Below, in pieces: positions 1-13,100 of a stretch of DNA of 64,000 nucleotides (its first letter is position 1; each line of letters begins with the position of its first letter). The position numbers were made by a program, and so were the translations under genes. The stretch spans positions 8,866,001 through 8,930,000 of the forward strand of contig CM120643.1 in NCBI GenBank assembly GCA_051362555.1, in the 5' to 3' direction. Under the pieces are notes generated by a model, which did not search any database, was not told where the DNA came from, and was given only the letters and a program-made list of their open reading frames with translations. This DNA comes from Lingula anatina. Its lineage: Eukaryota; Animalia; Brachiopoda.

Positions 1-3000
1 CGCTGGAACCTAGTCCTGTGAACGATGTGTTCTTGGCTGTCTGTTGTCCACCTTCTGATGCTGAGAGCCTCTGTTGTAACACCTTGTTCTCCTCAATGGA
101 CTGCTGCAGCCTTTCTCTTAGGATTTCCTGAAGATTTTATAAAAGATTTTAAATCATGATATACTGAAGCCCTTTTCTAAAAACCTCCTAAACAGTTACA
201 TAGACTTTACACTAAATTTCCAAGGATATCTTTTTATGTCATTCTAAGGAAAACAATTTGGTAAATATCTCTGATTTAGCAAAAAAACATTTTTTAAAAT
301 GTAATAAAAGTTTTAAAAAATTAGTGCATACATTTGCCATGATATTATCCTTTAAAAGTGATAATTGTTTTGGGGGAAACTGATGTATTTATAAATTCAC
401 ACCATTCAATCCTTACCACATCTTTCTGTACTTGGTGTAAAGTGTTTTTAAGTCTAGGATCCTCTTCTTCAGCTCTCTGGTTAGCCAGGCTCTCAAGCCG
501 TTCCCGTAGCTGGCTATTCTCTTGCTTTAGCCTGTCTATCTGCTCCTGTACCTGGGCCATGCCAGGGCCCGAGTCTTGGCCTTGCAGGTGCTCATTCAGG
601 AAGCTGTGGGCCATCTCTGAAAGTAAGGCATACCAACAACAGTTTTTCCAGCAAAAAGTCAAGCTGTCATCTGAAAAAGGCTCCAGCATCACTTGACAGC
701 CTATGTTTACAAAAATGGCTGGACGGATTATTGAGTTTTTTTCTGTTTTTTCTGGAAATATAATAGCTTAAGGCATACTTGGACTCCCTTTTGTAGGAAA
801 TTAGGGTTGGTAATTTTGAACGGCCTGTACCCCCAATCCTGGGAAAAAAGGCTGCATGTCAAACATAGCAGTCAAAGTACGTCTTATGCCTGAAATTTGA
901 GGATCAAGATATATATCTTGCTATACCTTAGCAACCAGTCGGTGATAGTAGCACTAGCCCCACACCTAATGCCAACAAAATTTGTACATTTATTAATTTA
1001 CTGTTCTTTTTTTCTGATTTGGATCAAAAGATTCTTAGACCCTTTCAGCTTGAAAAGCAAAAACTTACAACACCAATGCTTCTAGACCTCTTCGTATGAG
1101 ATCTATATTTCACAATAAAAACATTGTGAACAACTCACTGAAATATAACATATTGTTGTACAAGAAAAACGGCAGTTATAGCTATTATTCTGATATCTGA
1201 GCTTGTCTTTAGACCACGTGACCTCCATTGATGGCTATACTCTGTTATAATCTCTTAAGAGATTATAAAAAAAAATAATAATAAAAAAAAAATAAAAAAA
1301 AAACTTTTTTAGAAAAAACCCAGGGACTAACTTTGAATGTAAAAATGGATTCATAAACCATTGGTAAAAATGGAAAATTGTTGTTTACCCCAGGAAAATT
1401 AATTTTTTGGCCAAAATGAAGAGTTATTATCCCTTTAGCAAAAGAATAAACAAACATTTTCACAATTTTCACTTTTATTCCAGTACAGTGTTTCTACAAC
1501 ACAAGGCATGGACTAGGATAGTGTGCATAGTTTCAGGTATACAATAAGAAAAGAAAGCCACTCACTTTGAAACCTGGAATTCCTATGTAAAGATTTGGCC
1601 CCATTCCAATACTTGTCCGCCAAATCACAGAGATGACTCAGCAGTTCCTCTCTGCCCAGCCCTACTGACTCACTGCTGACATCTGGTGGTGGCCTGATGG
1701 AAGATGGCGGCTCGAGGATAGATGGTATTTGTGACAGGGTCGTTTGGCGTTGGTCTGGCTGTGGCTGGAGTTTCTCAGGAGGAGTGTGACCAAGCTGCAG
1801 ACAGAATATATATATAATGTAATGAATTGAATAGCATCTAAAACCCCCTTCACACTGGACGGCGCTCTTTCAGCGTCCTTTCCGCGACCATGAAACTTGA
1901 ATCACTGTGGTCATAGAAAGCAGGCACAAGCATCGCTTTGGTTGCAGAAGGAATTCTCAATGATCGACCAGTTGTCAGCATGCAAAATACATATATTTTT
2001 TACTCTCAAACAGAGTATTTTGGAAGAGATTCAAAATTGGAGAATGGATTAACAAAGATAATTTGGAGGACTGTTGGTAAATATTTCTGGATCTGCCCCT
2101 GACTAAGGTTGAGATTTTTTGATTGATAGCAACGTACTGTTGAATGGTAGTATGGAGGTGTATATTCTTGGGTGGTGACACACTGCTAAATGTAATACCA
2201 TTCTAAAGTGACTAACGCTGGGATATTTTGCTAGCTAACCTGGTGTTGTACACTCCTGGATGGGGAGATACTGCTGTATGGTATATTGGACTGGGCTTGC
2301 ACTGGGGGTTGAGCATAATTCTGTTCCTGTGTTAATGGCTCTGCTGTGACCTGACCAGACGTAAACTTAATGGGTTGACTGCTGGCAGTACCTGAAACAC
2401 AGTTTGATTGAATTTTTTTTCTATCAGGAAAAAACGTTTTACAGAAAATTCATCTGACCATGTTAACCAGTATCTCCCATGTTAGGTGACCCTGGGATTT
2501 CATAGAATATATAAATATAAATAAACAAAAGGGATATCATTAAGTTTGCAATGTCAATTTTCAAACATATAGGGACCATTTCCAGGCCCTATCAAACTAA
2601 CTGTGGATCGCTCCATCTCCAAAGGGGATTCTTGCAAAACTGCAATCAACTTAAGCAGCTTAGATGTCTGTCATGCCTACTGAAGCTGCTAGGGGGTAAT
2701 AAATTATCGTTTAGCAGTTTCAGTAGGTGTGCCAGACATCCAAGCCGCTTAAGCTGAAAACAATTTAGTGAGAAACTCCTCGGAGGTGGATTGATCCTGT
2801 TAGATTGCTACAGGTATGGGAACCCAGTCATATTTTCAACAAGGGTTTTACCCGTGAACCGTCCAGCCGTCACTTGGACAGCTGCTGGCTGGACGACTTA
2901 TGGATTTTTTGAAAATATGGGGGCTTTAGGCATACTTGGACTCCCTGAAATTTTGTAGGAAGTTACAGGTGGCAATTTTGGACAGCCTGTACCCCCAATC

Positions 3001-4234
3001 CTGGGGAAAACCCTGATTTTCAATATCAACACAAGGGTGACTGGATCCAACTGAAATCTGAAACCTGTTACTGTTTTGACTTCTTTTACATCTGAAAAAT
3101 ATTGCAAACCTTGATCTGTTAGAGCCCTTGGTATTAACAGTAGCAAGCATCTTTTAATGTAAATTCAGAGGTAGTGGAGCTAAATTGAAAACCAGGCTCT
3201 AAAATACAGGTTAGAAATCAACTGGAAATATTGGAATGTGGCATGGTTTTAAAATTTATAAAACTGATTTATCTATTTCATGTCAATAGTAAACATACAT
3301 GATTTTGTGCCCTACCTGGGTGTGGAGTGAAATGACCTTGGACTTTGTAAGACGTGTAGGCATCAATCTCATCTTGATATTTTAAATTTGTGTCAGCTGG
3401 TTTATGAGAAAAATCTTGAAAATGTACCCTAAAAAACAAAGAGCAAAGCTTCTGCAAACAAAAACCTCAAACTGGTACCATGTTAATTTTTTGTTTAACA
3501 GCAAAAGAAAACAGCTGAACAGTCTGAATTGTGCTATAACATGCCCTTCCACTTCAATAATAACAAGAATCCTTTCAAAGACATCTTTCACTTCACCATT
3601 ATCCTTTAGTTCTAAAACTTCCTTATCATTTACTCATATTTAGATTCTCATTCAAGTCCTTCTCAAGTTATAATTGTAACACACTTCCAAAATGAAAACC
3701 AAAATACTCAACAATTATTACAGCTTTTGTTTAAAAACTAGTTGAGGAATCAGAAAAGAATCCCCTTCCCTATGTTATGCACCAAGAAATAAAGCAGTCA
3801 TTTTTCTTCAGTCAACATCTAGTAATGAAATAGTTCTTTACCTCCAATATTTGACATCTCCTGTATAGAAACTACACACCTGAAAGCCCCCATTCCCCAG
3901 TGAAGAAACAGACATAAAAATATTAGAGGTACACAGCCATTTTCAATACTAGCTGCTGATTGAAGAAAAAATTACTACTTTATTCTTGTTCAAGGGCCCT
4001 ACCTGAAGTCTTGTTTCCCTGTGCCAGCATTCCTGTGTAGGGGGTCTGCATGCTCTCCTATGCTGCCAAACAAGTGGGGGTATCTATTGTGATAGGAGTC
4101 TGTGGTTATCTGAGGGGCTGTGCCTAGAATACGACACATGGCAAAAGTAATAGATAAATACTAGTCAATGCACCAGCAATTAGCAAGGTGCAGAGGTCAA
4201 CAGTACCCCCTGTACTATCCTTGCCCCAGTTTCA

Positions 4235-4277
<43 letters not shown>

Positions 4278-4768
4278 GCATTATAGCACTCTCACATGTA
4301 CACATGATTAGCCAGGGAACTTTGTGAAACTGGAATTTGGACACATGTAAAATTGTCCTGCATTATGTGAAGCCTATTCATCAATGATGCCAAAATGTTA
4401 TTTTCCGTTCATTTTGTTTTATTTGTCTATAAAAAATGTGCTCTCTGTTTGTTCCCTCTAAAAACTCACCACTGACAGTCTGTCCCTTCATGGCTTTGTT
4501 GATGGGGGACCCAGGGGGGTATGTGGGGACCGGGGGTGGTGCCGAGGCCTCCACCGCAGCAGACTCCATTCTTTTTATCCCTGTATATGCGATCACATTT
4601 ATAATGAGATTTCTGTTTTTTCAACTTCAAAAAATTTAATGCAATGTAAGTGCATAAAAATTATGTGGACCATCACATTTAACAGCACCTTTTAACAATG
4701 GAGATTTAATTACTCTTAGGCAAAGAGTGTACAAATATGACAATCAGGTCTCCCCCCCCTCTCACACA

Positions 4769-4865
<97 letters not shown>

Positions 4866-5438
4866 CATTTATTTACCACAAACCACACATACAAATAATT
4901 ATGTAAGTAAACAAAGTCCTTACTCTCAGGTGAGTAATCGACAGCTTCAGGCTGAGTGGCACTGGAGCCTGTTATATGGCGGGGCTGGCTCAGGTCTCCC
5001 TTGGTTCTTGCTATCAGATCTAACAACTCAACATCATCATCATCTAATGCTGAAAATAACATACAAACTTCTCTAAATCTAAAGATGAATATAGCAGTTG
5101 TAAATAAAATCATCCGCTAAAGCAGAAAATAACTTTCAACAACAGCATCAACATCTGGGCTTATGATATTGCTTGCCAATTTAGACAAATGTGAACATAA
5201 ATTGACTTTGGAAAAAAAAAGAAATAGAATCTATTTTCCCTGTTTTGGCAAAAGCATATATGGCCAAGACAGTTTATTAAATTTGCAGTTACTACTGGTA
5301 GAAAATGGTATACAAACACATCCCCCTACATTGAGAAGACTCTGCACTCTAATTATAACATAGGTCAATTCCTTATAATCTGGATGTTGACTCTTGACAT
5401 GATGCTTGCTGTACCCAATGGGGTTGTGACCTGGGCCA

Positions 5439-5470
<32 letters not shown>

Positions 5471-8400
5471 CTCACTGACTGTCTGTCTTACCTGAAGATT
5501 TCTTTGCTAAATTTTTCACATATTCTGCCCTGGGGTTGGGTTTACTCTCTGGAACTGATGCCGACCTCTGTAACGTCTTGTCCTTGAACTGACTGGCCTG
5601 GTCCGTGCCAAAGTGGGTCACTGCCGCCTTTCTCTCACTGTCACGGACACCTCTGTCATCTATAATATAAAGATAACAGTTCACCCTGGGTCTGTATCAA
5701 ATAGTATGCTAAGTTTTACCATCTTACTGTTAATACTGAGATTACTATAATTTGTGATATAACATAGTATAAATCTAAATTCTCTGCACCACCATGCTTT
5801 ATATCTCAAATCACTGACATATTGTGTCTGCTACCAAATGTGTTAAGTCAAAATTTAACATATAATGAACAGAAATACTGCTTTCTAAGAATACGTAGAA
5901 AAGGTGGAAAACCCTTCTCTGTACACTTTCTGGGTCAGGATCAAAACTTTCCAATCACCTCTTGTAGTTATGGCTGGGTTCTTTATTGCATAACAATATT
6001 TCTTTTAGCCAAAGGGAGACAACTCTAGTTGAAATCTCAAATGTAAAATTCAAAGGGGCAAATTAATTGCTAGTGGATAAACAGAAAAATACTTCACATT
6101 TCCTTTGGCGAAACTGGAATGTTTGACTTTTGAGTAAAGTCTGAGTCAAGGGTTTTTCCAGCGAACCGTCCAGCCCTCATTTGAACGCCAGCATCACTGG
6201 ACGGCCTGTATTTTCATTGAAGCTGGACGGTTTACTAGTATGGATTTTTTGGAAAAAAGGATGGCATATTTGAACTCCCTGAAATTTTGTAGGAAATTAC
6301 AGGTGGTAATTTTGGACAGCCTCTACCCCCAATCCTAGGAAAAACCCTGGTCTGGGTGAGCCCAGTCCATGTACTTACCAAGTTTCCTGAGGCTTGGAAG
6401 CATGTGTATTAAAAACAGTCTGTAGTCTGGTTCGTTGCGTGCCACAGGATTGAGACGTAGATCTAGCTCCTGGAGAGATTCGCAGCCCCGTAACCTGTAC
6501 AGCTCACTCAGCGTTGGCACGTTGTTGTAATAGCTGAGCACAATATGGTCAGGAGAAAAAATTTGTCTTTCATTTAACAAGTCTACATGCTAATTATTTT
6601 AAGCCAAATTCTCTCATTTTAAATGTCATTTCGTTTTTCAAGCAAGAAAAATAACTTATTGAAATTAAATCCATTGCATAGTATAAAAATAAAATAATAC
6701 ACCATATTTCAAAAGTGAATGCTCTACTTATTAGTAAAGCTTACAAAGCAACAAACAATAAATCTTTCTTATCCCTAAAATTTTCATATCATGCAAAACA
6801 TCTCTTAAAAATAAGAAATAACTATCAATACCAAAAGCTTATGCTACTCACATAATTTTCCTTCAAATCATGTACCACAGTTTTCCGTTACTGAATTGAC
6901 TAAAACACTGTCTGAGCGCTGAATTCTAAACGTTTCAAACCGGTTCAAATTCCAGAGGCACAAACTGGGTAGGTTTCAAAGTCCTGATTGGCTTTTTTTG
7001 ACTTCCTCTACCAATAGTTTAGCTTCTATCAATAGACATTGTGTGACTTTATAAACAACAAAAAAAGTTGGAGGACAGCATTGTTTACATACTGTTTTGA
7101 ACTGTTTACCTTCCAACTGTAAGACCTTATGGCTGTAATGCACACTGCATACCTTTTACAGATGATCGCTTTCAATTTGCTCACAATAATGCAGGGGCAG
7201 CAAACGAACAGCCAGAGCCTCTCTCACAGGCTTAGGCTTCATTAACATGGAATGTCTATTTTCTAAAAATCTATTTTCTATTCGCGCTATCTTATGATCA
7301 CGGTCTGTGCCCTGAATATCCCGCCGCGTAATTACTGGCAGCGCGAGCCAGTTACTTATAGTAAAAGACTTTAGTTACTTATAGTAACTGGCTCGCGCTG
7401 CCAGTAATTACGCCGCTGGATATTCAGGGCACAGACCGTGATCATGAGACATACCGCGAATAGAAAATAGAATTTAGAAAATAGACATTGCATGTGAATG
7501 AAGCCTAAGATCTTATGATATTATTATTATTAAACTGTTGAAAGTCACAGTCTTAAATACAATCAAGTTTAACTTTATATACTGAAGGATACAGATTTAA
7601 TTTCTCCAGCATTTTAAGGTGTTCCAAACCCTGAAAAACCAAAAGAAACAGTGTTCATTTCTGTTTGAATTTTCTATTTTAAAACATCTTCCAAAGTAAT
7701 CTTACTTCAGTCATCTGTTAGAGAAATTACCTGCATATAGTCACTCTAAAGTCTTTTATGTAATATGCAAGTCATGCTTTTTTTGCAAATTAAAAAAAAA
7801 AAAAATTTCAATAAGTTCTTTAAAGAGGTTAAATTGCAAAAAAGGAGTAATCCAACATATATTTTTAACATCATAATTTGAAAAAAAAAATTATAAATAT
7901 GAAAAAAAATTATATGATCCATTTTCCTCATAATAAATTGGCTTAAAAAGTTAAATACAGGTATCCATTATCATTTTTGTGTTTTTGAATATTCTATATA
8001 TTATAGATTTATATCTACCTCCAAACTTGTAATAGCATTTCTGGAAAGATCCAAACTTTTGAGACGACTGAACTTCCTCAGTGCACTTCCAAGACTGTCT
8101 ATTTTGTCAACATAGTTCCCACACAGTGAGAGAGAACGAACATCCTCTGTAATAAAAATACAAAATAAACTGCTAATGCTCACAATTTAAATACTAGTAA
8201 GCATTTGTCCACAATGTATCAGTAATTTTTTTAAATTCTACTACACTACAAAACACACACACGTATGTTAAAGTGTTATTAATTTTATTTTAATTGTTTT
8301 AAGTGATGATAAAATTGATCTCATTTGCGATTGATATCATTTTGTTGGTGGTGGACGATGAGGAAAAGCTGAACCTGTGTGTGTACATGTGCGTGCGTGT

Positions 8401-8772
8401 GTCAGTCAAGAAGGTCTTCTAGCACACACAAAAAATGAGAAAAAATGCATACTGTGTAATATAATGGTCGTCATTGCATTACTATTATTACCACATACAT
8501 ATGTGAAAGCGTCTGTTTATGTTGCAGAAGTGGATGGAGTCACAGAAGGGTCGCACATAAACATGAAGCTAGGCTCTGGCCCTAAGAATCTGGACCAAAA
8601 GCAACCGAAATATAAACCTATCGTGGGTGAAGTAATCACTGGTCATTAATCAATATAAGGTACATTTTTCTGAGAGAGGGTCACTGGGATGGAATGCACA
8701 ACCCTTACCTAGATTATCGTGCTTCAAGTTTACACGTTCGCGAATCCAATCCTCTGTTATTATGAGCGCCAT
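1..8772 (-). CDS. CEP72: Centrosomal protein CEP72 / LRRC36-like (N-terminal LRR + LRRcap, C-terminal coiled coil); multi-exon, 3' end outside window
   Basis: Exons with splice signals: 8772-8709 (MALIITEDWIRERVNLKHDNL), 8146-8019 (EDVRSLSLCGNYVDKIDSLGSALRKFSRLKSLDLSRNAITSLE), 7630-7593 (GLEHLKMLEKLNL), 6533-6379 (YYNNVPTLSELYRL...LDLRLNPVARNEPDYRLFLIHMLPSLRKL), 5659-5492 (DDRGVRDSERKAA), 5049-4924, 4580-4470, 4123-4003, 3396-3316 (GHFTPHP), 2391-2240, 1794-1566 (LCDLADKYWNGAKSLHRN), 616-417, 127-1. These motifs are typical of CEP72. Phase is unresolved between 4003 and 3396. Confidence 0.88.
2571..2830. mobile_element. Palindromic MITE-like repeat; related copies at ~28015-28190 and ~59357-59578
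   Basis: Internal inverted symmetry (aagcagcttagatgtctg.../...cagacatccaagccgctt) and the same sequence seen elsewhere in the window. Confidence 0.65.
2840..3015. mobile_element. hAT-like MITE
   Basis: CAAGGGTTTT...AAAACCCTG termini with perfect 8-bp TSD ATTTTCAA; same family at 6147-6349 and a partial copy at ~700-850. Confidence 0.8.
4770..4863. repeat. (CT)n(CA)n microsatellite
   Basis: Visible dinucleotide run. Confidence 0.97.
6147..6349. mobile_element. hAT-like MITE (second copy)
   Basis: CAAGGGTTTTTCC...GGAAAAACCCTG with 8-bp TSD GTCTGAGT/GTCTGGGT (1 mismatch). Confidence 0.78.
6534..7592 (-). other. U12-type (minor spliceosome) GT-AG intron of CEP72
   Basis: Donor CT|GTATCCTTC; TTCTCCTGACC branch-like motif ~13 nt before CAG with no polypyrimidine tract; splicing restores LNLYYN. 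Confidence 0.8.
7231..7509. mobile_element. Foldback/MITE-like near-perfect hairpin (~125-bp arms)
   Basis: cttaggcttcatt...gagccagttact is the reverse complement of agtaactggctc...aatgaagcctaag. Confidence 0.85.
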
Positions 8773-9063
8773 TTTTCAAATGGCAGTAGTGGCGCATGCG
8801 TATTACGAGATGAAATAGAAATTCCATAAAATTTGACTTTCTTTGGGGAACAAAATGTCTTTTTTAAAATAATTAATCAAGGTAACTCAGTTTCATTATA
8901 TCAAAAATTATATTAAATTTAATATCTTATTATGAACTTTTAAATAATTTAAAATGTGAATAACTTATTCACTTTAAAGAAAATGTTTTTCCGCCTCTCG
9001 CGCTTGATGACTACGAACCAAACATTTACACGTGAAAGTGAACGTGTGTTTTGTGTTGTTTTG
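8773..9063. promoter_or_regulatory. Bidirectional promoter CEP72(-)/Schlafen-like(+) and putative non-coding first exon ending at G|GTAAG (9063)
   Basis: CpG-containing patch with NRF1-like GCGCATGCG (8792-8800), TCTCGCG (~8996), E-box CACGTG (~9029) and a + strand donor at 9064. Confidence 0.6.
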
Positions 9064-9283
9064 GTAAGCCACAATATTTAAAACATATGTAATGATTCTT
9101 TAAATGGGTTCATACAGAAAGTATCAAAACTCATTCTGTGTTTGATATTTAAATGCCAGTGAGTTAATTATCAGGAATAAATGAATGTTTTGGAGAAGAA
9201 AATCACGCCGGCAGACAGGCTGTAGACTGTTTGTAGCGAACTACAGTAACCTCACTAATCAAGAGTTTTCCTCCTGCACTTAA

Positions 9284-9689
9284 AGGGACACTCAGTGGGA
9301 TTTTCCTGCCTAAATGAAATTTCCTGTGGAATACAGCAGTTGCCTCCTACTAAAGAATGATTGCTTGACCCGTCCTTGCACTTGAGTTCGTAGTTTTATT
9401 CCATTTATAATAATTTAATGCAGTAACTTTAATTTAAATGACTATATATTAGCCAGTCTTTATGAACGACAGCCTGCTGTCATGCACATTACCTCATTTC
9501 ACACAAGAAAATGACGATTTGCTTTGTATCACAGCCCTGTGCTGTGTATAATACAGTCGTTGCAAGCTGGATATGACTACCCAAGGAGGCTGAGAAGATG
9601 ATAATGACACAAGGTACGCTTCAGAACCTGTTCGCAATCTTTACTCCTGGAAAATTCATTTGGGCAGGAAAATCCCATAGAGTGTCCCT
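9284..9689. mobile_element. TTAA-flanked MITE (Kolobok-like)
   Basis: TTAA|AGGGACACTC...GGGATTTTCCTGCC and GGCAGGAAAATCCC...GAGTGTCCCT|TTAA; ~50-bp TIR. Confidence 0.85.
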
Positions 9690-9804
9690 TTAATGCAAAA
9701 TCTTCTCTGTCTTAAACATTATCTACTTTGGCTTCAGATTATCTTATTCACCGTTCCACAGCTTGTCATTTCAATTCTAGAACAGTACGTGGGCAGTCCG
9801 TCTC

Positions 9805-10160
9805 ATGGCAGAATTATCAGACTTGCCACACAAGGCCCCATCTCCAACATCAAGACCAAAATGGAAGCGTTACTATGTGAAGGGAGACATTGTTCCATTT
9901 GAAGAAGATGCCACACATGAATTTAAAGGACACAGGAACCTCTCAGTGGAAGATGTTCCCCTATGGGCTGTTGACAAAAATAATAAGTCGACAAGAAGAG
10001 CAGTGTCTCGGTATGGAATTCAAACTGAAAACCTAGAATATTTCTGCCTTAGTTATAAAATTTGTGAAGCCACATGCAGGCCTTTGGAAATACAAGGATG
10101 CACAGATGACATAATTGTCTAAGGGACAAAATAATTTCTTTGCAAAAAAAAAAATAATAA

Positions 10161-10193
<33 letters not shown>

Positions 10194-13100
10194 TTTAAAA
10201 AATTACATGTTTTCTAATATTATGGCCTTGAGTGTCGATATGTACACTGTGTTTATATACTAAAATTTTATTGAAGGTTACCCAATTTCTGGATTTAAAT
10301 ATATGCCAATCCTAATTATTTTTTCTTTCTCTCCAATTTACAAATACAAAAAGCAGCAACCCAGCTACTATAATTATAATATTTGAAGGCATCGACTTTC
10401 AACATAGTCTACCTTCATTGGTCCAAAAACTGATATTGTTTTGTTTTTTTCAGGACCTTGAATGGTTTTCTGAACACTGGCAAAGGTGGGACAGTTTATC
10501 TTGGGATCACTGATGAAGGCCAAGTCTATGGCCTTAATCTCACTCAGTATATAGTAAGTAGTAAGTAAACGCATCTATTAGATGGTCACCTGGAGGGGGT
10601 AATGGACTCCTGGTCCAGATGTGTATGGACTTCTTGATTTTATATTTACTTGTTGTTTTCTTTGCAATTGGTACTAGTATAAGCAGATTTGGAAGATTTC
10701 CTCCTGCTTTGAGTAAATTTTTCTTTGCCAAATTTTTGTTTAAAGATACATACAAAGTCAATTTTTTGTCGTAAAAACCAACTGAATGCCAGCATATAGT
10801 GTCAAGTAGTATAACTAATAGTTAGGCGGCTAAGCCAAAAAATTGTGCAAAAGTTGATAAAAGCGTGAAACTTTCCACGATGAATGACCATTGGGTGTTA
10901 TTCTATTTTGGATCGGGGGGCAACTCCAAAAATCACAAGTACCCGGATGAGCGGCTTCCTTAATTATGCTGATTCAACATTTTAGGTACATTCAGAATTC
11001 ACGTAAATGAGCACTGTCGACAGTTATTATGATAATATGAATAAATTTGAGAAACGTACGCTTTGTGTGCACATCTATTACAGCAATGATGACGTCATGC
11101 TGACGTCACTGTGTGGTATTGCACAAAACCAAATGACGAATATCCACTCACTCCTATATGCCATATAGGCGAACCCTGCATTGATCTTTTCTGTAAACAT
11201 TCACTGCAGAAATGCATCCTTTAGGGCTAGAAAGGTTAAGTTAGCTTGGTTTCTTCTTTTGAGACTTTAAGCATTTTCAATATGGCCGTCAACTTTTGAG
11301 GGTATAATAGAAAAACAACCAACAGTCGACAGATATACTTTATTTGTGGCTCTTGTGAATGAATATCCTGTCAGAAGAACACAGTAGGATAATTAACTGC
11401 TTACGAGCACGTTTCTGCTATTGAAAAATCAAAATGGCCGTCAACGCATACAACAGATGATAAAGTATAGCAGTAAAATCAGTTTATCAGTGGTGTAATT
11501 AGTGGTATATTTCATGCCTTCGATTTTTCTGTTCATTTTGATTTTTGGTTAGCCATGATCCTTACCTTTCATAATCAGCTTGTTTGACATTTAAAAATAA
11601 AAGAAAAGAAATAAAAAAAAAATTAAGAATAATTTTCAAATGAGGGGTGTATAAATAAAAATATTTAAAAAATGCTATAAAAATATATCTAAAATTCACT
11701 TATTTTGGTAGTTTCTCTTTGGTGGGAGTCTGAACGGCTAGGGCACGTGGATTTTAATGAAAATTTAACATTCAGTGGTCGGTTGTTACCATCTCGGCCA
11801 TGTGAATACATTTTGCTCTTGCTAGGCTAGACATAAGCATATTTCACTCAGTTGCTAAAGAACGCAACCAAACCACCAGGGCCCTGTATCTCGAAAACAT
11901 CGCGTATTGCAAATAGCGATATCACATAGAGGCTAGAATGTATTATAGGGGCGGGTATGGGTGAGTTATGGAATCGAGACGCTTGCGCTCAGTTGAAACG
12001 CGTGATGCTTTCGAGATACGGGGCCAGGTCTCCCGCTGACGATATTCTACTAATGAGGCCCTTGAGCACATATGAAAATTGCCTTCTCGTATCCCTCGGA
12101 TCGCTAACGATCTCCTTCTGACGATATTCAAATTGCTTTCTCGTTTAGCTTGGATTCATAACTATCTCGATCTTCTGCTGATGAAGTCTCTACATATTGC
12201 TTACATATTGCTTTCTCGTTTCGCTCGGATTGCTAACGATATTCCGCTGATGATATCTCGTTTGGAGCGCTTAAGTCTAAATGACGCCGTAGTATACGGT
12301 TTTCTGTGCGATTTTTGTGACATCGTATGTGGCTACGGGCTACAGCAATTACATTCACATTACATGCTCGTGCCGTGCCGTGTCGCTAATGTGAGCTTAA
12401 AGCCTAGATTACATTTGAAATGCGATGCCCGTACGGTGCAATATCCTGCCGGTGATTTCCATTTTCGTACGGCGTCTGACGGTGATCGTGCAAAATCGCA
12501 CGGAATCGTACGGATTTATGCCATGTAATGTAGACATACTCAGCGTAGCTCGTAGCGATTTCAAAAAAAATTGTACGGATAATTTCATCGCACGGCTCCC
12601 GTGTAAATGTAATCTAGGCTAAAGGATACCTGTATGAAGGGTAAATTCGGTTTGTCGGCTGTAACTGATCGTACCAAATCCATTCAGTCTCAGTGCAGTT
12701 GCTTCATACATTATACCTCCCGTGTGGCTTTCTTGGCGTCGGCCCCTATTCGTAGGATTTTTAGGACCCATGGGGCCAGAATAAGGAACTTCAGATCTGT
12801 GCAGGTGAATTACAATAGTTTTTTTTTTTTTTTTGCTATTGTTATGCCCCCTTAACCCACCAAAGGTAGAAGGAAAAAAGCCCGCTGACGATCTGCCACA
12901 AACGAAGTCCTTTGCTTAGATATGAAAATTGCTTTCTCGTCTCCCTCGAATCGAAAACGACCTCCCGCTGAAGGTATGAAAATTGCCTTGGCGTCTCGGT
13001 CGGATCGGTAACGATCGTCCGCTGCCAATCTTCCGCGAACAAAATCCTTTGAACGAATATGAAAATTGCCACATAATTAACCATCTTTTTACCTGCCTTT

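Noticed and set aside
12079-12622. 149-aa and 65-aa ORFs inside the Academ-like element as a transposase
   Set aside because: They cross MITE boundaries, show no DDE or other motif and start at non-ATG or weak codons.
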